From the UHGV virus genome UHGV-0099061: a stretch of DNA of 31,035 bases; one strand, written 5' to 3'. The position numbers were made by a program, and so were the translations under genes. The DNA is from a virus. Shown one piece after another: positions 7,010-16,770 of the stretch. The notes beneath the pieces are model-generated. The model had not been told where the DNA came from. It did not search any database and saw only the letters and a list, made by a program, of their open reading frames with translations. The stretch's first letter is position 1; the number at the start of each line of letters is the position of its first letter.

Positions 7010-8488
7010 ATGTTGTCCATCAAAGAAAGGGTTATTCAGTCAAAATGTGAAAACGATGGCCTGTTTTTCAATCGCTACTTCTATAAGCAAGCAAACGGAA
7101 CGAAGATGTTAATCTCAGGCCATCATTTAGCCATCCGTGATGCACTGCAACGCGTTATCAATGGTGAGATAACCCGACTCATCATCAATATTCCCCCAGG
7201 GTACGGCAAAACCATGATCGCCACTATCAATATGATGGCGCGGTCCCTCGCAATAAATCCCCGCACACGCTTCCTTCACGTTTCCTATTCCAACAACCTG
7301 GCGCTACTCAATTCCTCGACAGTAAGAAACATGATCTGTACGCCTGAATATCAGGCAATGTGGACCATGAAGATCCGCAACGATGCCAACAGTAAATCGA
7401 TGTGGTGGACTGAATACGGCGGCGGCGTGTATGCAACGTCATCGCTTGGTCAGGTTACTGGGTTCCGTGCAGGGTATATGGAACCGGGATTTAACGGCGC
7501 GTTAATCATCGATGACCCATTAAAACCCGCTGACGCTTACTCTGACGTGGTGAGAAAGCAGGTTAACACTAACTATAACGACACGCTTGCTTCACGTCTG
7601 GCAGTGCAAACAACGCCTGTTATCGTCATCATGCAACGCATCCACTACGATGATTTGTCAGGCTACCTGCTACGCGGTGGGAGCGGGGAGAAATGGCATC
7701 ACCTGAACCTGCCAGTGAAGATCGACAATAGCGTTGACTATCGGGATTTGTACCCTGAAAACGAGTTCGCTATCCCCATTCCTCACAATCTGCCAGATGG
7801 CTGGCTATGGCCTAAAAAGCACAATGACAGCCATGAAGCAGGACTGAAGGCACACAGACGGTCATTTGAGGCCCAGTACATGCAGCGCCCGCGTAAATTC
7901 GACGAAGAGGGTGCATTGTGGACTGAAGCAATGATAACCGCAGCGCACCGGATGCAGATAACGCAGGAGAAAATACGCACTGTAATAGCTATTGACCCGG
8001 CGACAACATCATCTGATGAGTCTGACGAAACAGGGATCGTGGCATGTTCCGCCTATGGTGGCGGTAAGAATGCTCAGTATTCTGTTGATGGCGACTACTC
8101 AGGCCGCATGTCTCCTAACGACTGGGCGCAGGCATCAATGAACGCCTACAACATCCATGAAGCTGACGCGATGGTTATCGAAACTAACCAGGGCGGCGAA
8201 ATGGCAGAGGCCACGTTGCGTAATGCCGGATTCAAAGGCCGTATTGTTAAGGTGCATGCAAGTAAAGGTAAGTTCGCCCGCGCCGAGCCAATATCGGCAC
8301 TGTATGCACAAGGAAGGGTGGCACACACTGGTGAGCTGTACACGCTGGAAAATCAAATGATGGAATACGTGCCAGCCACCGCTAAAAAATCCCCTGACCG
8401 TATGGATGCTATGGTATGGGGTATCACTGAACTAAGCCAGCCACAGGCGATGGGCCTCATGTTACCTAAGCGCCTGCGAGGGTTTTAA
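7010..8488 (+). CDS. terL: terminase large subunit
   Basis: ~493 aa; Walker A-like PPGYGKT; acidic nuclease-like segments; position between terS and portal; start ATG 7010 (GTG 7004 possible). Confidence 0.85.
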   Translation: MLSIKERVIQSKCENDGLFFNRYFYKQANGTKMLISGHHLAIRDALQRVINGEITRLIINIPPGYGKTMIATINMMARSLAINPRTRFLHVSYSNNLALLNSSTVRNMICTPEYQAMWTMKIRNDANSKSMWWTEYGGGVYATSSLGQVTGFRAGYMEPGFNGALIIDDPLKPADAYSDVVRKQVNTNYNDTLASRLAVQTTPVIVIMQRIHYDDLSGYLLRGGSGEKWHHLNLPVKIDNSVDYRDLYPENEFAIPIPHNLPDGWLWPKKHNDSHEAGLKAHRRSFEAQYMQRPRKFDEEGALWTEAMITAAHRMQITQEKIRTVIAIDPATTSSDESDETGIVACSAYGGGKNAQYSVDGDYSGRMSPNDWAQASMNAYNIHEADAMVIETNQGGEMAEATLRNAGFKGRIVKVHASKGKFARAEPISALYAQGRVAHTGELYTLENQMMEYVPATAKKSPDRMDAMVWGITELSQPQAMGLMLPKRLRGF

Positions 8489-8588
8489 GTTATTGATTAT
8501 TATCAACTTCGAAAAATTTTCGAAGATGAACAATAATAATTCTCAATTAGCTACACAAAATCTGCCTCACAATCCCTCACGAATTTTT

Positions 8589-8615
8589 CTATTTTTCGCG
8601 TAGCAACGCGTAAAC
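8589..8615 (+). promoter_or_regulatory. conserved 27-bp intergenic motif (TATTTTTCGCGTAG-N3-CGCGTAAA), copy 1, upstream of portal gene
   Basis: 24/27 identical to 20902-20928; contains direct repeat CGCGTA; sits 22 nt upstream of portal start in an AT-rich 148-bp gap. Confidence 0.45.
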
Positions 8616-8636
8616 ATGTATTCAGGAGTAAACATT

Positions 8637-10007
8637 ATGCCATCCAATTTAGAATTGGCGGTTAATGCTGCCTTGTCTCAACGCCAGGCGGCCTTTGCCC
8701 GCTATGCAGCGGCACATCCGTTCACTATGGGGATAGATGCCAAACGTGATGCTGCGTGGAGTGAATACGGATTTAAAGAAGAGATCACGTATCACGATCT
8801 ATACAAACTGTACAGACGCGGCGGCATCGCTCACGGTGCTGTAGAAAAGATTGTTACTACTTGCTGGCGCACCAAGCCAAAGATGATTGAAGGAACTGAA
8901 GACGAGAAAGCGAAAAAGGAAACACCGTGGGAAAGAGAAATCAAGAAGAAATTTAACAACAGATTTTGGCGCACTGTTGCTGAATGTGATCGCCGCCGCC
9001 TCATTGGTCGTTACTCTGGTCTGTTAATTCATATCAGAGATAACAAGCCGTGGGATCAGCCAGTGACAAAAGGCGTAGGCATTGCAAAATTTACCCCTGT
9101 GTGGGCTGGCGCTCTTACACCGAAGGACTTCGAAGAAAACCCGGATAATGAAAACTATGGCCTGCCAACGTGGTGGGAATACAAAGAACGCATTAACAGT
9201 AAGACCATTGCCAGAAAGATCCACCCTGACCGCATATTCATCTTTGGCGACTATTCTGATGATGTCATCGCTTTCCTTGAACCTTCCTACAACGCATTCG
9301 TATCACTGGAAAAAGTGGAAGGCGGTAGTGGTGAATCATTCCTGAAAAACGCAGCGCGTCAGCTTGCCATTTCGTTCGATAAAGAGATTGACTTCCGTTC
9401 CCTGGCTGCAACATACGATTGCGACGTTACAGAGTTACGCGAAAGATTCAATGAGGCTACGGCTGAAATGAATAAGGGTAATGACGTAATGATGGCGTTA
9501 CAGGGTGCGACAGTAAGCCCGCTGGTTACTGCCGTATCTGACCCGTCATCAACCTATGACGTAAACCTGCAAACCGCCGCCGCTGGTGTTGATATTCCAA
9601 CCCGCATCTTGGTTGGGAACCAGCAGGGAGAACGCGCATCAACCGAAGACCTGCGTTACTTCAACAGCCGCTGCATGACCCGCAGGGAGGAAATCGGTGG
9701 CGAGATTGAAGATCTGTTCCGCAAGATGGCAGATCTACGCCTTATCAGTATGCCAGTAGATGTATCAGTGCTATGGGACGACCTTAACGCCATGACCAAA
9801 GCAGAGCTACTGGAAGCCGCAGACAAGATGGCGCAAATCAATCAGGCTTGTTTGGCTACTGGTGAAGAAATATTTAGCGGCGATGAGATCCGCGAGGCTG
9901 CCGGATACGATGGCCCAGCCAGTGAAGTAGAAACGGAAGAGGATGACGATGATGAAGGTGAAGAAAATAATCAGGCGAATACCTCCAGCCGCGATAATGC
10001 CATCTAA
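8637..10007 (+). CDS. portal protein
   Basis: ~456 aa ORF directly after terL; AGGAG SD before ATG 8637; acidic C-terminus; standard packaging-module position. Confidence 0.75.
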   Translation: MPSNLELAVNAALSQRQAAFARYAAAHPFTMGIDAKRDAAWSEYGFKEEITYHDLYKLYRRGGIAHGAVEKIVTTCWRTKPKMIEGTEDEKAKKETPWEREIKKKFNNRFWRTVAECDRRRLIGRYSGLLIHIRDNKPWDQPVTKGVGIAKFTPVWAGALTPKDFEENPDNENYGLPTWWEYKERINSKTIARKIHPDRIFIFGDYSDDVIAFLEPSYNAFVSLEKVEGGSGESFLKNAARQLAISFDKEIDFRSLAATYDCDVTELRERFNEATAEMNKGNDVMMALQGATVSPLVTAVSDPSSTYDVNLQTAAAGVDIPTRILVGNQQGERASTEDLRYFNSRCMTRREEIGGEIEDLFRKMADLRLISMPVDVSVLWDDLNAMTKAELLEAADKMAQINQACLATGEEIFSGDEIREAAGYDGPASEVETEEDDDDEGEENNQANTSSRDNAI

Positions 10008-10893
10008 CACCGAAGACCCGACCATGACAGGGAAGTTAAGGTCGGGAGCTATTAAGCGTTTTAAAGCCTGCCTGAAGAAAGTTGCGGATCCGTATATCGC
10101 CATATTGGACAGAATCCAATATAGCCTGGCTGTTAATAAGAAATACACCTTTCAGATTTACATGGATGAACTGCATGACATGCTGGAGGACGCCAGCGAC
10201 ATGATTGATGAGATATTCGAGCTAACCGACCCGGAAAGTTTTTGGTTTTGGCAGAATTACGTGAAGGTGGCTTATCAGCGCGGCACGGCACAGGAATATG
10301 CCAACCTCGCTAACCAGTCTGTCACGTACTCAAGCGCCTATCCTGATGTGTCTGTCGTGCTATCCAGCACAACTTACCGCACACGCCTTGCCCTTGTCCG
10401 TACCCGTGTATTTGAGGAAATGCGCGGGCTGACCGCACAGATCAAAAAGGATATGGCCCGGCGATTAACCGAAGGTATGGCCCGTGGTTTAAATCCACTG
10501 GAAATAGCGCGCACATTGAATCAGGAAACGCAATTACCTCTATACAGATGCAAACGTATTGCCCGAACTGAAATATGCACAGCGTTACGCACAGCGCGTA
10601 TGGATGAGGCAGAAGCGGCGACAGAGGAATTTAATCTCCGCACTATGCAAATGCACATTTCGGCATTATCGCCGACAACCAGGCTATCACACGCGCAGCG
10701 GCACGGGAAAACATACACCATAGATGAGCAGCGCGAATGGTGGAGCAGATCACCAAATTCAATTAACTGCAAATGTAGCACGATTACCGTATTAGTTGAC
10801 GAAGACGGTAACATATTAAACGAAAGAATATTAGATCGGGCGCAAGAAAACTATAAAGTTGCGCACGCTAAATATGGCGAAGATTGGGAGTAA
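9997..10893 (+). CDS. head morphogenesis protein (Mu F / SPP1 gp7-like minor head protein)
   Basis: Position after portal; F-like sequence character (..RCKRIARTEICTALRTARMDE..) as recalled; start uncertain (ATG 9997 overlapping portal stop, alternatives 9943 and 10024). Confidence 0.7.
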   Translation: MPSNTEDPTMTGKLRSGAIKRFKACLKKVADPYIAILDRIQYSLAVNKKYTFQIYMDELHDMLEDASDMIDEIFELTDPESFWFWQNYVKVAYQRGTAQEYANLANQSVTYSSAYPDVSVVLSSTTYRTRLALVRTRVFEEMRGLTAQIKKDMARRLTEGMARGLNPLEIARTLNQETQLPLYRCKRIARTEICTALRTARMDEAEAATEEFNLRTMQMHISALSPTTRLSHAQRHGKTYTIDEQREWWSRSPNSINCKCSTITVLVDEDGNILNERILDRAQENYKVAHAKYGEDWE

Positions 10894-10898
10894 AAACC

Positions 10899-12191
10899 GT
10901 GAGTAAAGAATTGATTCAGGTTAATACCAAATTAACCGCTAATACAATCCGCCGTGAAACGTATAACGGGCGGGAACATATTGTTGTTCCGTCCTACACG
11001 TTACCCTTTAACATCGTAATGAACCGGGAATATTACCCGGAAGCTGAAATTATCGCTAATTACCAGTCACTGGAGGGTACGCTTGCCCCGCTGGGCCATC
11101 CTACCGTTGACGGTAAATTTGTTTCCGCATTTAGCCCGGAAGGATTAAACACGGGTTTTTGTGGAGCGTGGAACAGAAACGTTGAATTACGCGGCAATCG
11201 TGTTTATGTGGAAAAATGGGTGGACGTGGAAACCGCCAGCCATTCAGAGCAGGGCCGGGAATTGTTAAGCCGACTGGAAGCGCTGGAGAAGGGAGAGAGC
11301 AAAGATCCTATCTGGTCGTCCGTCGCTGTATATCGCCAGCGTATGCCAGCCACCGAAGACATGAAAGCCCAGGGCGCTGACCATGTAGTGAAAATCATGT
11401 CGATCGACCATGACGCTATTTTGCTGCATGAGCCTCCAGCCGCTTCACCGGAACAAGGTGTAGGCCTGATGGTTAATACTGACCAGGCAAAACCGTTAAT
11501 GTCGGTGGCGATGAAAGAAAACAGCTACAGAACACTTGAGAAACAATTAACAGACGCGGCGCGGGATTTATTCCCTGATGCTGATTATGTGTATGTGGTG
11601 GACTTCACTGATAAAGAGGTGACGATCGCCACTAATGCGGAAAGTGCTCAAGTTTGCGCATATGAAAAACAGGCTGATAAAATTATTCTCAATAATGGCG
11701 AGCTTGCAACCAACGAGGAAAGTAAATCATGGTTTGCTCAGTTCGCTGAACACCTTTCTAATCTTTTCTCCCTGAATGAAAAAATTAAGGCCAATAAATC
11801 GGAGGACGATCCCATGCCTTTGACCAAAGAAGAACGCGCCGAACTGGTAAAAGAAATTAACGAAGGCTTAGCCGCCAATATCGCTAATGCAGTAGCAGAG
11901 GCATTAAAACCAGTACAGGCAAGCGTAGAAGAATTACAGACCAACCAAGAAGAATTACAGACCAACCAGAAAGCAATTAAAGAAGAAATTGCAGCAAACG
12001 CAGATAAAGAAGTAGCAGAAAAACGCGCCGCAGTAGCAAAAGTTCACGGCGAAATTGTTGCTAACGCATTAAGCGGTGAAGCGTTAGACGCAATGTTTAA
12101 ATCCCTGGGTAAAGCAGCACCAATGGCAGCAAACTCAGCCGCTGGTGGAAATAAACCTGCCACCCCTGACATTAACAACTATTTCGCATAA
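10899..12191 (+). CDS. putative scaffold / prohead assembly protein
   Basis: GTG 10899 with GGGAG SD (track starts at TTG 10884); C-terminal coiled-coil with repeated EELQTNQ; position between head morphogenesis and capsid genes. Confidence 0.5.
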   Translation: MSKELIQVNTKLTANTIRRETYNGREHIVVPSYTLPFNIVMNREYYPEAEIIANYQSLEGTLAPLGHPTVDGKFVSAFSPEGLNTGFCGAWNRNVELRGNRVYVEKWVDVETASHSEQGRELLSRLEALEKGESKDPIWSSVAVYRQRMPATEDMKAQGADHVVKIMSIDHDAILLHEPPAASPEQGVGLMVNTDQAKPLMSVAMKENSYRTLEKQLTDAARDLFPDADYVYVVDFTDKEVTIATNAESAQVCAYEKQADKIILNNGELATNEESKSWFAQFAEHLSNLFSLNEKIKANKSEDDPMPLTKEERAELVKEINEGLAANIANAVAEALKPVQASVEELQTNQEELQTNQKAIKEEIAANADKEVAEKRAAVAKVHGEIVANALSGEALDAMFKSLGKAAPMAANSAAGGNKPATPDINNYFA

Positions 12192-12201
12192 GAGGTGAAT
12201 T

Positions 12202-12603
12202 ATGGCCCGTTTTCGTCGTGTAAATATTGACGGCAAATCCGTTACTGAAACAGCAGTATCTGCCGCAGCACTTAAGCCGGGTACTCCGGTAAAAATGGCG
12301 TCTGGTAAATTCGCTGCCGCAACTGATACCACAGGACGTATTTATGTTGTTAACCCGGCATACCATGAAGGTTTAGGCATTGAAGATGCGATCCCGGTTG
12401 GTCATTCCGTGGTTGCTGACTACGCAGAAGAAGGACGTGAATTTGCGATTCTGCTTCCTGAAGGTGCTTACACCAAAGACGCTGCCATCACCATTGGTGA
12501 AGGTGGCTTTAAATTGGTTACATCTGATGAACCTGTTTTCGCTTTCTGCCAGGAAACTGTAACCCTTGAAGCGGCTGATTTTGTACGTGTCCGCGTTGCA
12601 TAA
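12202..12603 (+). CDS. putative head decoration / structural protein (133 aa)
   Basis: AAGAGGTGA SD; position immediately upstream of major capsid gene; function by position only. Confidence 0.45.
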   Translation: MARFRRVNIDGKSVTETAVSAAALKPGTPVKMASGKFAAATDTTGRIYVVNPAYHEGLGIEDAIPVGHSVVADYAEEGREFAILLPEGAYTKDAAITIGEGGFKLVTSDEPVFAFCQETVTLEAADFVRVRVA

Positions 12604-12622
12604 TAATAAGAGGTGAAAAACT

Positions 12623-13675
12623 ATGTTGTTTAATAAACACAACCTTGCTACCAACAGCCGCATTCGTGCCCAGTGGGATCACCTTTGGGCGCAGCGCAAC
12701 ATGTTCAATGATCAGGACGGCGCTCTTATTGCCGCAAATATGGCAAACATGACCGCTGACATCCTGGCATGTAATGCCGTTGGCGGCTTCGATCAGGAGT
12801 TCTGGAAAGCTGTCGATAACCAGATTATCGAAATGAGCACCGAAGAGACTGGTATTGAAATCGTAAACGATTTGATGGCTGTGCAAACCGTATTGCCAAT
12901 CGGTAAAACCGAGAAAATGTACAGCGTATCCGGTGATATTAACGATGAAGTTGTCGTTAGTATCGATGGTCAAGCCCCGCATGGCTTCGATCACACTGAA
13001 TATGGCAGCGATGGCGACCCGATCCCGATGTTCGCAGCGGGTTACGGTGTCAGCTGGCGTCATTCCGAAGGTCTGAAAACTGTTGGTATTGACCTTGCAC
13101 TGGATAGCCAGCGCCTGAAACTGCAAAAATTCAACAAGGCCCGCGTTGATTATTACCTTAACGGTAACGCAAAAATCAACGTCAACGGTAAACCTGGCCA
13201 GGGTATTAAAAATCACCGCAATACCCAGCAACTAGTCATGACCTCCGAAGATCTCACCACTGACGGATTCGATGCTCTCATCAAATTCTTCACCACTGGT
13301 GCATTCGGTGTTATGGCCCGCAACAACCGCGTTGACCAGTATGATCTCATGTGGGTGTCACCTGAAATTATGGCTAACCTGGCAGCGCCGCACATTGCAA
13401 ACGGGACTGTCGTAGGCAGTGTTCTGAATATCGTTAAACCGTTCATTCCGGTTAAAGAAATCCGTCAGACCTATGCACTGAAAGGCAACGAGTTCATTGC
13501 CTATCAACGCCGCCGCAACGTCATTACCCCGCTGGTTGGTATGACTACTGGCGTAGTGCCTCTGCCGCGCACCATGCCTACCGATAACTACAACTTCAAA
13601 ATCATGTCTGCCGAAGGCTTACAAATCACCTGCGACATGCTGGGCCGTTCCGGTGTTGTTTACGGTCACAAATAA
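12623..13675 (+). CDS. major capsid protein
   Basis: 350 aa; AGAGGTGA SD; largest head ORF after scaffold; followed by strong terminator. Confidence 0.7.
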   Translation: MLFNKHNLATNSRIRAQWDHLWAQRNMFNDQDGALIAANMANMTADILACNAVGGFDQEFWKAVDNQIIEMSTEETGIEIVNDLMAVQTVLPIGKTEKMYSVSGDINDEVVVSIDGQAPHGFDHTEYGSDGDPIPMFAAGYGVSWRHSEGLKTVGIDLALDSQRLKLQKFNKARVDYYLNGNAKINVNGKPGQGIKNHRNTQQLVMTSEDLTTDGFDALIKFFTTGAFGVMARNNRVDQYDLMWVSPEIMANLAAPHIANGTVVGSVLNIVKPFIPVKEIRQTYALKGNEFIAYQRRRNVITPLVGMTTGVVPLPRTMPTDNYNFKIMSAEGLQITCDMLGRSGVVYGHK

Positions 13676-13694
13676 TTTCGTATTTCCTGTAACT

Positions 13695-13722
13695 CCCCGG
13701 CGCGATGCCGGGGATTTTTTTT
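13695..13722 (+). terminator. rho-independent terminator after capsid gene
   Basis: Stem CCCCGGC / GCCGGGG, 5-nt loop, followed by T8. Confidence 0.7.
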
Positions 13723-13740
13723 GTATGTGGAGCAAACAAA

Positions 13741-14127
13741 ATGGTCACTACAGAACAGGCGCGGGAATATCTTGAAAGCCAGGGTATTGACCTGCCAGAC
13801 ATTATCTTATCTTTGCTGGTGGAGCAGGCAAATAGCGTTAATGAATGCCTTGATGCCAACTATCCGGCCTCCACTGCAACATTGATTCAGCTTTATCTGA
13901 TTGGCCTGTTAGGACTAAGCCAGGCTGATAAATACGTTTCCTCGCAGACTGGGCCGAACGGTGCGAGTCAGTCATACCGCTATGTCGATTTCAACAAACG
14001 ATGGAAGGCGGCCTATTCGTTGCTTTACTCCATTGATAAACATCACTGTACAGCCGAACTGATTCCAGCAGATCCAGAAAACACCGCGCACGCAGGGCTT
14101 TGGATAGGTAAAAGTGGGAGGATGTAA
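13741..14127 (+). CDS. putative head-tail connector / neck protein (128 aa)
   Basis: ORF with GGAG SD; first gene after capsid terminator; function by position. Confidence 0.45.
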   Translation: MVTTEQAREYLESQGIDLPDIILSLLVEQANSVNECLDANYPASTATLIQLYLIGLLGLSQADKYVSSQTGPNGASQSYRYVDFNKRWKAAYSLLYSIDKHHCTAELIPADPENTAHAGLWIGKSGRM

Positions 14128-14129
14128 CA

Positions 14130-14315
14130 ATGTGGAACGACCTGACATTACCGGATCCGTTATTGCCGAAACTGTTTACCCGCGTATGGGTGAAGACAGA
14201 CACCGGGCGACAGGTAGCCGCCTACCTCAATGATGCTGGCGAATGGGTAATTCTTTGCCCGCGCGTGGCGAAAACCCATCCGAAAATTGTTAAATGGAGC
14301 TATGGCTATGAGTAA
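14130..14315 (+). CDS. hypothetical small structural-module protein (61 aa)
   Basis: GGGAGG SD; tightly coupled to neighbours. Confidence 0.4.
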   Translation: MWNDLTLPDPLLPKLFTRVWVKTDTGRQVAAYLNDAGEWVILCPRVAKTHPKIVKWSYGYE

Positions 14316-14676
14316 GATCGCGAGATTCAGTTACAAGGCATTAGCCACCATTTACCCCGTAACGCGTGACGACTGGACAAACTCCGACGTATACGGTGCG
14401 CCATACCTGGTAGATTGTGCATGGGAGCGTACTGACGGAACCGCAACAGACGCAAACGGGAATGAGGTTAGCAACACGATAACCGTATATACCGAACTGC
14501 TTCACAAGATGCAGCCAGTGCAGCTCCCGGAAAAAGGATGGATGCTTGCCACTGGTGACACTACTGCTATTTCCGACCCGCTGGCGGCTGGGGCCAACTT
14601 TATAACCGGAATCGTTGAATGGGACATGAGCATGTTTAACGACACGCCGGATTATAAGATCGTAACAGGGGGTTAA
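14308..14676 (+). CDS. putative neck / head-tail joining protein (122 aa)
   Basis: ATG 14308 overlaps previous stop (ATGAGTAA); position. Confidence 0.45.
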   Translation: MSKIARFSYKALATIYPVTRDDWTNSDVYGAPYLVDCAWERTDGTATDANGNEVSNTITVYTELLHKMQPVQLPEKGWMLATGDTTAISDPLAAGANFITGIVEWDMSMFNDTPDYKIVTGG

Positions 14677-14678
14677 TT

Positions 14679-15143
14679 ATGCCTATTAAGGGCGTTAAAC
14701 GCGTCAGGGAGCGATTGAAGCAGGAGCTAAAGGAAATTACAGACAGAAAAACGCACGATGTATTATGGCGAGTGGGGCTTGTTGCTGGTGGATTTGCTGC
14801 AAATATGACGCCGATCGATACTGGTTTTTTAATTAACAGTCAATTCCAGTATATAGGTGACACTCCTGAGGGTATGCAATTACGTCTGGGTTATACCGCC
14901 CGCTACGCTGAATGGGTGCATGACATGCCGGGCACATTAAAAGGCCAGCCGCGCGAACATTTCGGGAAAACAAATAACCTTTCAGATTTCGGGCCGAAAC
15001 AGGTAATTGAGTTCGGCGGCGGTACTGGAAAAGGTAAATATTGGGACCCAAACGCGGAGCCGGAATTTTTGCGCAAGGCATTCGAAGATCCAAACAACGC
15101 CGACGATATTTATAAAGAGATTGTAGAAGGTTACAAAACATGA
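14679..15143 (+). CDS. putative head closure / tail completion protein (154 aa)
   Basis: GGGGG SD; position in neck block. Confidence 0.45.
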   Translation: MPIKGVKRVRERLKQELKEITDRKTHDVLWRVGLVAGGFAANMTPIDTGFLINSQFQYIGDTPEGMQLRLGYTARYAEWVHDMPGTLKGQPREHFGKTNNLSDFGPKQVIEFGGGTGKGKYWDPNAEPEFLRKAFEDPNNADDIYKEIVEGYKT

Positions 15144-15526
15144 AACGCAGCGAAGTATACGACGAAATAAGGGATTGGATTAAATCCCACGGATACGATG
15201 AGGGCTATATTTTGCAGGCCCGTTTCTGGAATGAGCGGAGCAATTCGAATAATGACAGATACATCGTAATCCAGCAAAACGGCGGCGCGGCGGGAGAAGA
15301 GGCGATAACCCGTGACTATTTTCGCATCCTGGTTATTTCAGCGCGTAACGATGCAAATATTAGTGAAGTGGAAGACCTCGCCGACGCAATACGTCAAAGT
15401 ATGATAACCGAGTATAAAACTGATAAAATTACACACATGAAGCCAGTTGGCGCTATTCCCGCAATGCAGACGAGAGAAGGGCGCTTTATTTTTACCGTAG
15501 CTTTTCAAACCATAATATCCAGATAA
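15140..15526 (+). CDS. putative tail terminator / tail completion protein (128 aa)
   Basis: ATGA overlap with previous gene; position immediately before major tail gene. Confidence 0.45.
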   Translation: MKRSEVYDEIRDWIKSHGYDEGYILQARFWNERSNSNNDRYIVIQQNGGAAGEEAITRDYFRILVISARNDANISEVEDLADAIRQSMITEYKTDKITHMKPVGAIPAMQTREGRFIFTVAFQTIISR

Positions 15527-15539
15527 GAGGTAACTAAAC

Positions 15540-16016
15540 ATGTCTCAGACTTGCGAAAAAGGCACGTTTACAGGCCGTGACGTTGCTGTATTCTTCGCTA
15601 TCGCTTGTCCAAATGCGAAGCCGGAAGCTGAAGCGTACAAAGCGTTAGGCATGATGCGTGGTAAAACACTTTCCGTTGAATGGGAAACCTCTGACGCCAC
15701 CGCCGATAAATCAGCCGATTACACGAAAGAATCAATGGTTACTTACAAATCCGTTTCTTTCTCCGGCGACGGTGTGTCCCGCACTGAAGAAATCCATAAT
15801 CAGAAAGCGCTGAAGCGCCACGTAATTACGCCAGGTGAAACCACCGGATCACAACCTTATGTATGGCTGAAGATCGTTTCTCCTGTAGACGTAACTGAAG
15901 GCCCATTCCTTTGCACTTCCTTTAAAGAAGAAGATCCGCATGATGATGTTTCCACCTGGTCTATTGAGTGCGAAAGCGCTGGCAAGGTAACGGTAGGCGA
16001 CGTTCCGCCAGCATAA
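15540..16016 (+). CDS. putative major tail (tube) protein (158 aa)
   Basis: AAGAGGTAA SD; followed by strong terminator; position upstream of chaperone and tape measure genes. Confidence 0.55.
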   Translation: MSQTCEKGTFTGRDVAVFFAIACPNAKPEAEAYKALGMMRGKTLSVEWETSDATADKSADYTKESMVTYKSVSFSGDGVSRTEEIHNQKALKRHVITPGETTGSQPYVWLKIVSPVDVTEGPFLCTSFKEEDPHDDVSTWSIECESAGKVTVGDVPPA

Positions 16017-16033
16017 CAGCCAATATTAACAAT

Positions 16034-16059
16034 CGGGGCCATTTGGCCCCTTTTCTTTT
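16034..16059 (+). terminator. rho-independent terminator after major tail gene
   Basis: Stem GGGGCC / GGCCCC with ATTT loop followed by TTTTCTTTT. Confidence 0.65.
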
Positions 16060-16071
16060 AAGGTGAATACT

Positions 16072-16770
16072 ATGATCCATGTTCGTACAGGACAATTTGC
16101 TGCCGTGGTGAACGGTAAGCGCTATGAGTTTAATCCTTGCTTTGCTGCGATGGCTAAAATCGGCAACGATAGTGAGCTTGTCGAATATTTCGCACTTATC
16201 CACGGCGGCAAATATCCATCACGATTGCCAGCAGATCCAGACCTACGCAATCGCATTCTGGCGCGGTGTTATGGTGAAATAGTTAAGACATCAATGCACA
16301 TCCTGAAATGTTGCTCAGACGACGAAATAGGCCAGTTATTGGGCGAATGCTGGTTTACTCCTTCGGGTAAGTTAAAGTTAAAGCCCGGATTAATGCCGAT
16401 CGAGGATATCATCACGCTTGCGCAGCACTGCATGTACCACGGTCTTATTGGTGATGGCCCGGAAGAAGAGTCCGGGGAAATCCCGGAAGGGGAATATAAG
16501 CCGACTTTTAACGTCCTTGAATTCGTCTATTCTGCCGTTGCTCACCTGGGCTTGTCAGAATCGGAAGCATGGAATATGACAATGACCGGATATAGGGCCG
16601 CTGTACGCGCTAAAACGCCGCCAGACGAAAGAAACGAGAAAAGCAAGCCAAACATTCACATAAATAAACGTGCTTATGACGAGCAAATGGAGGCCGCTAA
16701 AAAGGCACTAGAAAGAATGAAAAATCGTGAGCAAGAAAAGCCCGGTAGATCCGGGCGTTTTGCTAATTGA
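16072..16770 (+). CDS. putative tail assembly chaperone (233 aa)
   Basis: AAGGTGA SD; position between major tail and tape measure genes; no frameshift partner found; 3' end overlaps a convergent reverse-strand gene. Confidence 0.4.
   Translation: MIHVRTGQFAAVVNGKRYEFNPCFAAMAKIGNDSELVEYFALIHGGKYPSRLPADPDLRNRILARCYGEIVKTSMHILKCCSDDEIGQLLGECWFTPSGKLKLKPGLMPIEDIITLAQHCMYHGLIGDGPEEESGEIPEGEYKPTFNVLEFVYSAVAHLGLSESEAWNMTMTGYRAAVRAKTPPDERNEKSKPNIHINKRAYDEQMEAAKKALERMKNREQEKPGRSGRFAN

Noticed and set aside
12518-13231. 237-aa minus-strand ORF overlapping the decoration-like and major capsid genes
   Set aside because: Fully antisense to two + strand genes with good translation signals in a unidirectional module; no SD; composition typical of antisense reading.
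16072-16770. Programmed -1 frameshift (G/GT-type) in the putative tail chaperone gene
   Set aside because: No canonical X-XXY-YYZ slippery heptamer found by eye and no downstream + strand ORF to fuse to.
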